64,000 bases of DNA from an uncultured bacterium (GTDB lineage: Bacteria; Actinomycetota; Acidimicrobiia; Spongiisociales; UBA5794). The notes beneath the pieces are model-generated. The model had not been told where the DNA came from and did no database searches. It was given only the letters and a program-made list of their open reading frames with translations. This document shows, one piece after another, positions 9,583-18,483 of the stretch; position 1 is the stretch's first letter, and the number at the start of each line of letters is the position of its first letter. Position numbers and translations under genes: made by a program. The stretch covers positions 1 through 64,000 of the forward strand of contig CAWDDT010000005.1 in NCBI GenBank assembly GCA_963801165.1. The letters are read 5' to 3'.

Positions 9583-10233
9583 ATGCCGGGATGGACAAAG
9601 CTTGCAATCGGGTGGGTGGTGGCCGCAGCGCTGGCTGTGACCCTGTCCTGGACGGCGGTCGCCCAGGTGCGGGACCGCGTCATCCGGCCGTCGATTGCCA
9701 TCCCGACCACAACACTCGCGACCCAGGCCGCCGCCGGCACCGCCACGTCCACCGTGATCCGGCTCGACCCGGAGTCGACGACGTCCTCGCCACGGAACGC
9801 AACCACCACCTCGGCCCTCGCACCCGCCACCACGGTTCCGAGCACAACACCCCCCTCGCATTCGACAACCAGCACGTCCGCGGCCGGGAGCGAATCGCAG
9901 CCGACCACTACAGCGGCCCCGCCCGCGACTACGACGACGACCACCACTCCGACAACCACCACCCCGACAACCACCACGGCGACAACCACCACGGCGACGA
10001 GCCAGACGACCAGCTACGAGCTCAGCGGTGGCGTCGTCACGATCTCCTACTCGCCTGGTGTTGTGGAATTTGTCTCGGCGATACCGCAGCCCGGCTTCAG
10101 CACCGACATCAGGAACTCCGGACCTGAGGAGGTCCGTGTCCGGTTCGAGAGCCCGACTCACACCTCGGAATTCCGTGCCAGGTGGAATGGGGGACAGCTC
10201 GAGATCACCAAGGATGAGAACGGGGGCGGCTGA
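9583..10233 (+). CDS. Exported/membrane-anchored Thr-rich protein with a C-terminal beta domain homologous to those of 6446..7405
   Basis: N-terminal hydrophobic segment, long T/S/P linker, C-terminal YELSGGVVTISY...P.PGFS...EVRVRF domain. Confidence 0.8.
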   Translation: MPGWTKLAIGWVVAAALAVTLSWTAVAQVRDRVIRPSIAIPTTTLATQAAAGTATSTVIRLDPESTTSSPRNATTTSALAPATTVPSTTPPSHSTTSTSAAGSESQPTTTAAPPATTTTTTTPTTTTPTTTTATTTTATSQTTSYELSGGVVTISYSPGVVEFVSAIPQPGFSTDIRNSGPEEVRVRFESPTHTSEFRARWNGGQLEITKDENGGG

Positions 10234-10287
10234 CCGCTTCAGTCGAAGCTGACACCTCGGCTGCAGAGCTGCGCACGCCCGGGCAGC

Positions 10288-10692
10288 TCACGACGAACCG
10301 GAGCCGTCCTCGTTTGCTGCCGATCCCCGGCCGTCGTGTGGGATCCGCGATCCGAATCGGATGAGGTTGGCATCCCGATCGAGACAAGCCCCTTCTCGCA
10401 ACCCGTAACTCGTGTCGGTCGGCTCGACCAAGCGCCCATCGAGTTCGGCTCGGCTCCACTCTCTATAGAGCTCGTCGGCGTCATCGACATACAGATACAC
10501 CGCACTCATGTTCCGTTCGGGACGCAGGTCGTCGACTTGTGCGAGGTGAAGCTCGATGCCATCACGCTCGGCAAAGGCGTAGGCATCCGGGCCCTCGTAA
10601 CGGCGAACCAGGAACCCGAGCGCGTGGTAGTGCTCGACTGCGCGCTCAATATCGCGAACCGGGAACACGGGCGACAATTTCTCGAACCTCAC
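10288..10692 (-). CDS. VOC/glyoxalase-bleomycin resistance family protein
   Basis: PVFPVRDIERAVEHY..LGF and YGLREGACLDRDANLIRF; TAGGAT 6 nt before GTG. Confidence 0.85.
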   Translation of the reverse strand: MRFEKLSPVFPVRDIERAVEHYHALGFLVRRYEGPDAYAFAERDGIELHLAQVDDLRPERNMSAVYLYVDDADELYREWSRAELDGRLVEPTDTSYGLREGACLDRDANLIRFGSRIPHDGRGSAANEDGSGSS

Positions 10693-10775
10693 GCACTAAT
10701 CCTATCTAGCCGGAGTCGCCGGGCGACCTCCGACGACCCGAAATCCTTGGGGTTGAGCCCCATACCGGTTTTCAT

Positions 10776-11963
10776 GTGACCGACATGTACCGGAGACTCC
10801 TACTTCTGCTCGGGGTGCTGACCCTGACGGCTTGTGCCCCGGCCGCGGCAACGACGCTTTCCGACGCCGTCCGCCTCGACCCGCTTCCGCCCGTCACCAC
10901 CACCCCGACGGCGCTACCGGGACCACCGGTGACGACACTCCCACCTAGCAACGAGCTCGAACTGGTGAAGGTGGGAACCATAGGAGGGGACATCGCCCCG
11001 AAGTCCGTTGTCGCCACCGGCCACGGGCTGGTCTTCGCCCAAAACATGATGTATCGCCACACTGTGACCGTCTACGACGAGGAGCGTCGGCTCGTGGCCA
11101 CAATCCCCGACACGGTCGTTTTGGGTGACTTCGGCCTCGGACCGACCAAGACGAGTTACCAGGGGGCGCCGGTCGAGGCGGCGGCGACGGCAGACGGCGC
11201 GTACGTCTATGTCTCCAACTACCAGATGTACGGACCGGGTTATGCAAACGCCGGTGACGACGAGTGCGACCTCGACGGTTGGGACGACAGCTTCGTGTAC
11301 CGGATCGCCGCAGACACGTTCACCATCGATCAAGTGATCCCGGTCGGCGCCGTTCCCAAGTTCCTGGCGCTGACACCCGACGACACAACACTGCTCGTCT
11401 CCAACTGGTGCAGCTTCGACCTGTCGGTGATCGACACGGCGAGCCGGACCGAGACCGCCCGCATCCCCCTCGGCAGACACCCGCGCGGGATCGCCGTTAC
11501 CGCCGACGGTGCGACGGCATACGTCGCCGTCATGGGCAGCACCGACATCGCGGTCGTCGACCTCGGCACACTCGCAGTGGGGTGGATCAAGGGCGTCGGC
11601 GAGAACCCGCGTCACCTCGTGCTCTCCCCCGGCGGCCGGTATCTATACGCCACTCTCAACGGTGACGACCGGGTCATACGTATCGACCTCGAGACGAAGT
11701 CCGTCGTCAACCGGATCAGCACGGGCGACGCCCCGCGCAGCATGGCGGTATCGGACGATGGGCTGTCCCTGTACGTCGTCAATTACAACTCAGACACTCT
11801 CAGCAAGGTCGACACCGCCACGATGAGCGTCATCCAGGAGATCCCCGTCGCACACCACCCCATCGGCGTCACCTTCGACAGCGCCGCCCGCGCAGTGTGG
11901 GTGGCGTCGTACTCGGGGGCGATCACCGTCTTCGCCGAACAGGACTCAGCGCAGTCGGAGTGA
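10776..11963 (+). CDS. YncE/YVTN-type beta-propeller lipoprotein
   Basis: Lipobox LTAC; repeated YV(S/V)N and IPVG..P..(L/I)A...DG blades; start could be ATG 10785. Confidence 0.85.
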   Translation: MTDMYRRLLLLLGVLTLTACAPAAATTLSDAVRLDPLPPVTTTPTALPGPPVTTLPPSNELELVKVGTIGGDIAPKSVVATGHGLVFAQNMMYRHTVTVYDEERRLVATIPDTVVLGDFGLGPTKTSYQGAPVEAAATADGAYVYVSNYQMYGPGYANAGDDECDLDGWDDSFVYRIAADTFTIDQVIPVGAVPKFLALTPDDTTLLVSNWCSFDLSVIDTASRTETARIPLGRHPRGIAVTADGATAYVAVMGSTDIAVVDLGTLAVGWIKGVGENPRHLVLSPGGRYLYATLNGDDRVIRIDLETKSVVNRISTGDAPRSMAVSDDGLSLYVVNYNSDTLSKVDTATMSVIQEIPVAHHPIGVTFDSAARAVWVASYSGAITVFAEQDSAQSE

Positions 11964-12014
11964 CGTTTCCGCCCCGGTGGGGTGGGGCACTAGTCTCCAG
12001 GCAACGTGCAGTGC

Positions 12015-12043
12015 GGAACTTCTGTTCCTGGTGACGGGTCTCA
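12015..12043 (+). promoter_or_regulatory. Putative ECF sigma promoter for the OmpA/BON operon
   Basis: GGAACTT-N16-GTCTCA, resembling RpoE-type ECF promoters. Confidence 0.4.
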
Positions 12044-12093
12044 ATGCTCGATTACGGCATTTCGGCCACGAGATACGGAGGACAGTGACAAGG

Positions 12094-13200
12094 ATGAGCC
12101 CAGGGGACGAGAGGCGCTCCGGGTTCCCGAAGGCGGTGTGGGCCTGGATCCTGGCATGGGTCGTGCTGGCCATCCTCACCGTCGCGTGGGGAGTGCCCAA
12201 CGAGCAGAACGACCTGACGAATCGCGCCGATGCGCTGCTCTCGGGCGGTGGGCTCGACGTCGTTTTCCACGGTCGTGACGCCACAATCGCCGGAACGGCC
12301 GAGCAAGCCGCTATTGATGCCGCAGCCAGCGCGGTGAAAAACATGCGCGGCGTGCGTCATGTCGATGCATCGGGCGCCCGGGCCGCGGTGCCGCAGACGA
12401 CAACAACTGCCCCACCGGCCACAACGACTACAACCAGCGCCCCCCAGACAACAACCACAAACGCCACGATGCCAGACCCGAGCTTCAGGGCAAAGGTGAC
12501 GGACGGAGCCGTCGAACTCACCGGCACACTTCCGGATCAGGAGACCATCGATTCCATTGCGGCGGCCGCTACCGCAACATACGGAGCGGACAACATGGTC
12601 AATCAACTGCAGGTCGGCGACGTAGCCCGGACTGCTTCGCTCACCTCTCTGGCGCAGATCTTCGACATCGCCAACGGCCTCGACCCATGGGAGTTCTCCC
12701 TCGACAACGAACAGGTCACATTCACCGCTATGGGGCCGGACCGCGAGACAGTCGCCGCCAGGCGGGACGCCCTCGGCGCTTATCGCCGATCTGCCGCCTT
12801 TGCCGGAGCCGACATCACAATCGAGATCGACCCCAGAGCCGTTGCCGCCTCGCTCACCGAGCTTCTGGCGGGTGGAGCCAACTTCGAGACCGGAAGTGCG
12901 ATCCTGTCCGCCAACGCCAAGATCAAACTCGACAAAGTCGCTGGCATCATGATGGAGAACCCGTCGACGGTACTCACCGTCGAGGGTCACACCGACAACC
13001 AGGGAGACCCAGCATCGAACCAGGTGCTCAGCGAAGCCCGTGCCCAGGCCGTGGTCGTCTATCTCGTCGCCGGTGGTATCTCCGCCGACCGTCTCACCGC
13101 GGTCGGTTACGGAGAGGATCGACCTATCGCCAGCAACGACACACCGCAAGGCCGGGCCGAGAACCGGCGTATCGAGTTCGTTGTGACTGAAGGAGAGTGA
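12094..13200 (+). CDS. ArfA/Rv0899-like protein: TM anchor, BON-like domains, OmpA C-terminal peptidoglycan-binding domain
   Basis: VEGHTDNQG, NQVLSEARA, VGYGEDRP and GRAENRRIEF; BON-like LTGTLPD...YGADNMVNQLQV. Confidence 0.88.
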   Translation: MSPGDERRSGFPKAVWAWILAWVVLAILTVAWGVPNEQNDLTNRADALLSGGGLDVVFHGRDATIAGTAEQAAIDAAASAVKNMRGVRHVDASGARAAVPQTTTTAPPATTTTTSAPQTTTTNATMPDPSFRAKVTDGAVELTGTLPDQETIDSIAAAATATYGADNMVNQLQVGDVARTASLTSLAQIFDIANGLDPWEFSLDNEQVTFTAMGPDRETVAARRDALGAYRRSAAFAGADITIEIDPRAVAASLTELLAGGANFETGSAILSANAKIKLDKVAGIMMENPSTVLTVEGHTDNQGDPASNQVLSEARAQAVVVYLVAGGISADRLTAVGYGEDRPIASNDTPQGRAENRRIEFVVTEGE

Positions 13201-13203
13201 ACA

Positions 13204-14343
13204 GTGGAAGGTACTGGATACGCCATAACAGAGATCATCTGGTGGCTGCTGGTCTCTGCCCTCATCGGGTTTGTGATCGGATGGCTGCTCCGGAAGTGGT
13301 TCCTCGACCGCCAGGAGGACGAGAAACTCGCTGAACTCGAGGTGGAACAAGAAGAGCAGCGCACTGCGCTGCAGGCGGAACTCGACAATTGGAAGGGAAA
13401 GGTAGCCGGGCTGTCGAATGATCTCGACCAGCGTTCGGCGGACCTCGACCGGATGAAGAAACAGGTTGACGAGCGCGACCAGAAGATCGCCGGCTTCGAG
13501 CAGAAGGCCTCGGCCCATCGCAGCGAGGTGACCAAGCTCCAACAGAAGGTAGAGGACCGCGAGGCAACAATTGCCTCGTTGCGCAACGACAAAGGCAAGG
13601 AAGACAGCCAGGTCCCCGGTCTCCGCAGGGAGATCGACGCCGCCATCGGCACCATCGGTGCTCTCCGCAAGGACACCGACGGCTACAAGAGCACCATCGA
13701 GGCGCTTCGCGCCGACCTGGACAACGAGCGCCACACGCAAGCCCGTCTCGAGGAGGAACTGGCCGCCGCCAGGAGCGAGGCCGCGGCGGCGACCTCCGCG
13801 CTGGCGAACACCCAGAACTCCGCAGACGGACTGCAGGCACGCATCGACGAGCTCGAGTCGATGACCTCCGGTGCTGGTGATCTGGAAGCGAGGATCGCCT
13901 CGCTCGAAGCTCAGCTAGCCACCGTCAGCAGCGAACGCGACACAACCGCAGCCAGTCTTGCCGAGCTCGAGGCGGAGCATGCCGATGGTGGGGCGCGGCT
14001 AACCGCCGCCCAGGACGCGGCTGCGGGTGCTCCGGCGCCGCTCCCCGACCTCCCCGCCAAGGACGTTGCCGTCGCCAAAGTTGCCGAGATCGCACGCCGT
14101 ACCCGGGGCGATGGCCCCATGGTCGACGATGACCTGAAGAAGATCCACGGGGTCGGACCCAAGCTGGAGCAGCTGCTCAAGGGCATGGACATCACGAGCT
14201 TCCGGCAGGTCGCCAACTTCACCGTCGACGACATCCAGTACGTCACTGCAGCCCTGGACGCCTTCCCGGGCCGTATCGAACGCGACGACTGGATGTCGAG
14301 CGCCGCCGACGAGCACCTGAAGAAGTATGGGGATCCCGCCTGA
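13204..14343 (+). CDS. Membrane-anchored coiled-coil protein with a C-terminal helix-hairpin-helix (COG3743-like) domain
   Basis: N-terminal TM (WWLLVSALIGFVIGWLLR), ~230-aa heptad region, C-terminal DDLKKIHGVGPK...GRIERDDW. Confidence 0.8.
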   Translation: MEGTGYAITEIIWWLLVSALIGFVIGWLLRKWFLDRQEDEKLAELEVEQEEQRTALQAELDNWKGKVAGLSNDLDQRSADLDRMKKQVDERDQKIAGFEQKASAHRSEVTKLQQKVEDREATIASLRNDKGKEDSQVPGLRREIDAAIGTIGALRKDTDGYKSTIEALRADLDNERHTQARLEEELAAARSEAAAATSALANTQNSADGLQARIDELESMTSGAGDLEARIASLEAQLATVSSERDTTAASLAELEAEHADGGARLTAAQDAAAGAPAPLPDLPAKDVAVAKVAEIARRTRGDGPMVDDDLKKIHGVGPKLEQLLKGMDITSFRQVANFTVDDIQYVTAALDAFPGRIERDDWMSSAADEHLKKYGDPA

Positions 14344-14367
14344 CGCTGAGCAAAGCTCAGCGTCAGG
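14339..14367 (+). terminator. Perfect hairpin at the operon end (terminator-like or REP-like)
   Basis: 13-bp stem CCTGACGCTGAGC-aaa-GCTCAGCGTCAGG. Confidence 0.6.
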
Positions 14368-14376
14368 TTCGAGGGT

Positions 14377-14403
14377 GGAATCAAACGGTACGCACCGGGG
14401 TTG
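14377..14403 (+). promoter_or_regulatory. SigH/SigR-type promoter for the DUF1684 gene
   Basis: GGAAT-N18-GTTG, ending 8 nt before ATG 14412; no SD present. Confidence 0.6.
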
Positions 14404-14411
14404 TTGCCGCC

Positions 14412-14930
14412 ATGAACGCCGAGACACTTGCGACTCACCGCGCCGATAAGGACGAATACCTCCGCTCCGGCAGTCACTCACCCATCCCACGCGAATACAG
14501 GGATTCGTTTGCGGGTCTCCCCTACTACGACTGGAACGAGGACCTCGTGTTCACCGTGCCCGTCGAGCAGGCCGACGGATCCGAGATCACCGTCGCCACC
14601 TCCGACAATACCGAGCGCATCTACCGGCGAGCCGCCACGGTCGACCTCGCTATCGCCGGTCGGGCGCAAACGCTCACGTTGTACGACACCGGACACCCCG
14701 GGCTGTTCCTGCCGTTTCGGGATGCGACCTCCGGTGGGGAGACGTACGGCGGTGGCCGCTATCTGGATATCGAGCCGAACGCGGACGGCACCGTCACGAT
14801 CGACTTCAACCTGGCGTACAGCCCGTACTGCGCCTACAACGACGCATACTCCTGCCCGCTGCCCCCGACCGAGAACTGGATGAAGGTCGCGGTAGAGGCA
14901 GGCGAGAGAACGTGGCTCAAGCCGGTTTAG
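14412..14930 (+). CDS. DUF1684 family protein
   Basis: FLPFRDATSGGETYGGGRYLD, DFNLAYSPYCAY and CPLPP.EN motifs. Confidence 0.92.
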   Translation: MNAETLATHRADKDEYLRSGSHSPIPREYRDSFAGLPYYDWNEDLVFTVPVEQADGSEITVATSDNTERIYRRAATVDLAIAGRAQTLTLYDTGHPGLFLPFRDATSGGETYGGGRYLDIEPNADGTVTIDFNLAYSPYCAYNDAYSCPLPPTENWMKVAVEAGERTWLKPV

Positions 14931-14939
14931 CTCCGCCGT

Positions 14940-15163
14940 ACGGACACATCCGGAAGGACATCCTCACGCAAGGCCCTCGTCGCCTGAGCTTCGCTCAGGT
15001 TCGAGTCTGCTACGCAGACTCGGGCCGGGATTCGCTCAGGCACTTCTCCCATAGGGCCTCGCCCTTCGCTCGGGAGTGGTCGAACAACGAACGGCCACTC
15101 CGGAAGGACCTTTTCATACAGGGCCCTCATCGCCTTCGCTTCGCTCGGCACTTCTTTTATAGG
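14940..15163. repeat. Composite REP/BIME-like element: two degenerate ~70-nt direct repeats with nested hairpins
   Basis: Unit 1 is 14940-15056 and unit 2 is 15091-15163. They share TCCGGAAGGAC...GGCCCTCRTCGCCT..GCTTCGCTC..GGCACTTCT...ATAGGG. Hairpins CCTGAGC/GCTCAGG and CGAGTCTGC/GCAGACTCG. Confidence 0.75.
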
Positions 15164-15923
15164 GAGAAGATAGGACCAGGGGGCAGTTGCGGAGGGGGTG
15201 GTCGATGACTTGCATCGAGTAGCTGTAGGCCGCAGACAACAACTCGCTCGTCAGCACCTCGCGTGGTGTGCCGTATGCGGCGGCGGCGCCGGCATTCAGA
15301 AGAAGCAGCCGGTCGGCGCTGGCCGCGGCGAGGTTGAGATCGTGTAGTACGGCGACGACTGCCACTCCGTCGTCGGCGAGTGCCCGCAGCACCTGCATCA
15401 CCTTCTCCTGATGCCCGACGTCGAGCGCCGAGGTCGGCTCGTCGAGAAGGACGACCGGTGTCTGCTGAACAATGGCGCGGGCAAGATGAACACGCTGTTG
15501 CTCCCCCGATGACAGTGTGCGCATCACCCGGTGGCTGAGATCGGCGACATCGAGATCCGCCATTGCCGCCGCGACCACATCGTCTCCAGTCTCGGGCTGC
15601 GAGTCGAGCACCGGGTGCCGCCCCATTGCGACCACATCGCCGGCCCTGAAGGCAACGTCGCTTGCCAACTGCGGGCCGACGAACGCTCGCAGCGTCGCCA
15701 ACCTGCGCAGCCCGGCCGCGGAAACGTCGACGTCACCGATCAGCGCCTTCCCCGAGTCGGGGTGGATGTCGCCAGCGAGAACACGCAGCAAGGTCGACTT
15801 GCCGGCACCGTTTGGGCCGACAATGCCGACAACCGAACCTGCCGGCACCTCTAGCGATACATCGTGCAGCAAGGTGCGCCCTTCCCGCACGACCCCTATC
15901 ACCGAAGCCGACACGGCGGTCAT
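15114..15923 (-). CDS. ABC transporter ATPase, HmuV/FecE/BtuD type
   Basis: GPNGAGKST, LSSGEQQR, LLDEPTSALD and VLHDLN; true start ATG 15923 overlaps the permease stop. Confidence 0.92.
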   Translation of the reverse strand: MTAVSASVIGVVREGRTLLHDVSLEVPAGSVVGIVGPNGAGKSTLLRVLAGDIHPDSGKALIGDVDVSAAGLRRLATLRAFVGPQLASDVAFRAGDVVAMGRHPVLDSQPETGDDVVAAAMADLDVADLSHRVMRTLSSGEQQRVHLARAIVQQTPVVLLDEPTSALDVGHQEKVMQVLRALADDGVAVVAVLHDLNLAAASADRLLLLNAGAAAAYGTPREVLTSELLSAAYSYSMQVIDHPLRNCPLVLSSPYKRSAERSEGDEGPV

Positions 15924-16948
15924 TGCGCCCTCCGCAGCAAGAACCAGACCAGAACCGGTGCCCCGCCCACTGCGGTGATCAAACCGACCGGGATCTCGAT
16001 CGGCGCCGCGACCGTGCGGGACACGATATCGAGAGCCGCAAGGGCGATCGCGCCGCCTACCGCCGACAGAGCAATGAGGCGGCGGTGTGACGGACCGAGC
16101 CAGTGACGCAAGAGCGTCGGGACCACGAGGCCGACGAAGCCCACGACCCCGGAAAGGGCCACCGCGCCGCCCACTGCAACGCCGACTCCTCCAAGCACGA
16201 GGGCACGCACCCTGGCAACGTCCACACCGAGATGGCGGGCCTCGTCCTCCCCGAGCGCAATCAGATCGAGAGGGCGTGCCACCGCCGCAATGGCAGCGAT
16301 TCCGGCGGCAACGAAAGGTGTCGCAGTGAGCACAACCGACCAGGTGGCCCCGGACAAGCCCCCGAAGACCCAGAACGTGAACGTGGGTACCCGTGGGCTG
16401 TCCCATCCGAGCACGATCGCCCCGAGCGCGGCGAGCACGGCGAACCCGATGGCGATACCGACCAGGACGAGCTGCCCGCTGTCGACGACGTTGGCGGCGA
16501 TGCGCTGCATCACGAGTGCCAGGACGATACCGCCCAGTGCCGCCCCCAGCACCATCGGCAACTGGCTGCCCAGAGCGGGCGTCACCGCGATGCCAAGCAC
16601 CGCACCGAGCCCTGCCGCCGGGCTGATCCCGATGAGGTGGGGATCAGCCATCGGGTTACGAAACGCACCCTGGAGCGCAACCCCGGCTGCCCCCATACCG
16701 GCCCCCGCAACGAGACCGGCGAGTACCCGGGGAAGCCTGATCGCCCATAGCACCGAGTCGGTGAGCCGGTCCGGCTCGTCGATCAGCCCGAGACGGACAC
16801 CGGCCATGTGCCACACATCGGCGGGGGTCACCGCAACGGCTCCGGCGATCATCCCAACCAGCAGGACCGCGACCAACCCGGCACCGAGCACCCAACCAAC
16901 CATTCGGACGCGTTCGCGTGGTGATCTGGCGGTTGGCGTGGCCCTCAC
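15920..16948 (-). CDS. FecCD/BtuC/HmuU-family ABC permease
   Basis: IRLPR, FRNPMADP, LGEDEARHLG, GFVGLVVP and EIPVG motifs. Confidence 0.93.
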   Translation of the reverse strand: MRATPTARSPRERVRMVGWVLGAGLVAVLLVGMIAGAVAVTPADVWHMAGVRLGLIDEPDRLTDSVLWAIRLPRVLAGLVAGAGMGAAGVALQGAFRNPMADPHLIGISPAAGLGAVLGIAVTPALGSQLPMVLGAALGGIVLALVMQRIAANVVDSGQLVLVGIAIGFAVLAALGAIVLGWDSPRVPTFTFWVFGGLSGATWSVVLTATPFVAAGIAAIAAVARPLDLIALGEDEARHLGVDVARVRALVLGGVGVAVGGAVALSGVVGFVGLVVPTLLRHWLGPSHRRLIALSAVGGAIALAALDIVSRTVAAPIEIPVGLITAVGGAPVLVWFLLRRAQ

Positions 16949-16950
16949 AG

Positions 16951-17916
16951 TCAGGACTCGAGCACCGAGCGGAGATCGGCGATGAACCGGCGCAGCGAAT
17001 CGCCGATACGTGGCCCAAAGGTCAGAAAGTCGCCTTCGGGATAAGCGAGAATGTGGCGCGCCTTGCCGGCGGGGGTCTCGGCGAAGCCCGGGATAGCGAG
17101 CAGACCGTCGATCCCGCCGAGCACGTCCAGCCCCTCCTGGGGCACCACGATCACATCGGGTGCAGCGGCGACCAGTGCCTCCGGCGTGACCGAGACGGTG
17201 CCCACCACACCCGATTCGGCACCAACGTCGCGGCCACCGGCCGCCTCGATGAGGGGCTCTGTGGTCATCCCGGCACCGAACAGCAGCATCACGTCGGGAC
17301 CGCGGGTATAGATGAACGCCACTCCGGGAGCAGGGTCGAGAGGGGTGGCCGTGGCCATGGCGTCATCGACCGCAGTCTTGGTCTGTCTCGCCAACTCCTC
17401 GCCCTTGTCGGGCACGCCAAGGGCAGTCCCGATGGCGCGGGCTTTGTCGTAGAGCTCGGCGAACGAGGTCGGCACATCGAAGATGACGACCGGCACTCCG
17501 GCGCTGCGGATCTGGTCGATCGCTTCCGGGGGAGATGTCTGGGTGTCACCCAACACGAGCGTCGGGTTCTCGGCGAGAACACCCTCTGCCGTGAGGTACC
17601 GTCCCAAGCCGACGATAGGCAGGTCGAGCGCCTCCTGGGGAAAGACCGTGGTCACGTCGCGACCGACCATGTCCGCCCCGAGACCCATGGCGTATACGGC
17701 CTCGGTGAGGTCTCCGCTGAGAGTCACGATCCTGCTGACGTCGGTGATCGTCGACTGGATCCCGTCGGCGCCAACGAAGACGGTACCGTCCGGGGACGCG
17801 GCAACCGCGGTTGAGGTGGTGGCCGCCGCTGTGGTCGTTGTCGTAGCGGCGCTCCCCCCGCCGCACGCGCCGGCGAGAAGACAGAGGACCGCAGCGGGGA
17901 TCGACAGACGGCGCAT
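16951..17916 (-). CDS. ABC substrate-binding lipoprotein, HmuT/BtuF class
   Basis: Lipobox AGAC; RIVTL, TEAVYAMG, GRDVT and FGPR motifs. Confidence 0.88.
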   Translation of the reverse strand: MRRLSIPAAVLCLLAGACGGGSAATTTTTAAATTSTAVAASPDGTVFVGADGIQSTITDVSRIVTLSGDLTEAVYAMGLGADMVGRDVTTVFPQEALDLPIVGLGRYLTAEGVLAENPTLVLGDTQTSPPEAIDQIRSAGVPVVIFDVPTSFAELYDKARAIGTALGVPDKGEELARQTKTAVDDAMATATPLDPAPGVAFIYTRGPDVMLLFGAGMTTEPLIEAAGGRDVGAESGVVGTVSVTPEALVAAAPDVIVVPQEGLDVLGGIDGLLAIPGFAETPAGKARHILAYPEGDFLTFGPRIGDSLRRFIADLRSVLES

Positions 17917-18483
17917 CTACGCAGCGGGACAGGCGGAGCGGGCGTGAGCCATCAGAGTGCAGAACACGTCCCGGGGCACCTTCCATCCGTCGGCAGTGCG
18001 CACAGCGGTCCCGGTCTGGTCGGGATACACGGGGTTGCCGTTGAAGAGCAGGTCGTAGCTGACGTCGGCGGTGTCGCCGTTGACGACGACATCGGTGACC
18101 GAGACACCTACGCCTCCCATCGACTCGCCGGTTGCCGTGTAGGTGGCGACGGTGTCCTCGAGCCCGCTCGGGTCGTCGATGTACTGGGCCTTCGTCTCGT
18201 AGTCAGATGTGCTGTCGAAGGCGACGGTGAAGGCCATGGTGACTGCGTCAACATCGGGATCGCCACTGGATGCCATCGTGGTGGTGGTCGCCGCCTCCGA
18301 TGTCGTCGTTGCTGCGGTCGTGGTGGTCGTTGCCTCCGATGTCGTCGTTGCCTCGGTGGTCGTCGGCGCGGCGGTGGTCGTCGGTGCGGCGGTCGTCGTC
18401 GTCTCGTCTCCGGCGTTCCCGCCGCCACCACAGGCGGCCGTGACGACCACGAGTGCCACGACAGTTATCAACAGCTTCCTCAT
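17917..18483 (-). CDS. Thr-rich lipoprotein with a C-terminal NTF2-like/MTB12-like domain
   Basis: Lipobox TAAC, PTTT repeats, C-terminal GWKV...FC.L......C; RBS AAGGAG; first gene of the ABC operon. Confidence 0.75.
   Translation of the reverse strand: MRKLLITVVALVVVTAACGGGGNAGDETTTTAAPTTTAAPTTTEATTTSEATTTTTAATTTSEAATTTTMASSGDPDVDAVTMAFTVAFDSTSDYETKAQYIDDPSGLEDTVATYTATGESMGGVGVSVTDVVVNGDTADVSYDLLFNGNPVYPDQTGTAVRTADGWKVPRDVFCTLMAHARSACPAA

Noticed and set aside
12052-13740. Long antisense or alternate-frame ORFs (e.g. 12052..13740, 17944..19746, 43759..45210, 7427..8614)
   Set aside because: These are typical high-GC shadow frames overlapping well-supported genes, with no motifs.
14940-15163. 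CRISPR array, tRNA, or the 98-aa ORF 14912..15208
   Set aside because: Only two degenerate units. GTTCGAG is present but there is no cloverleaf. The ORF is just a translation of the repeat and overlaps real genes.
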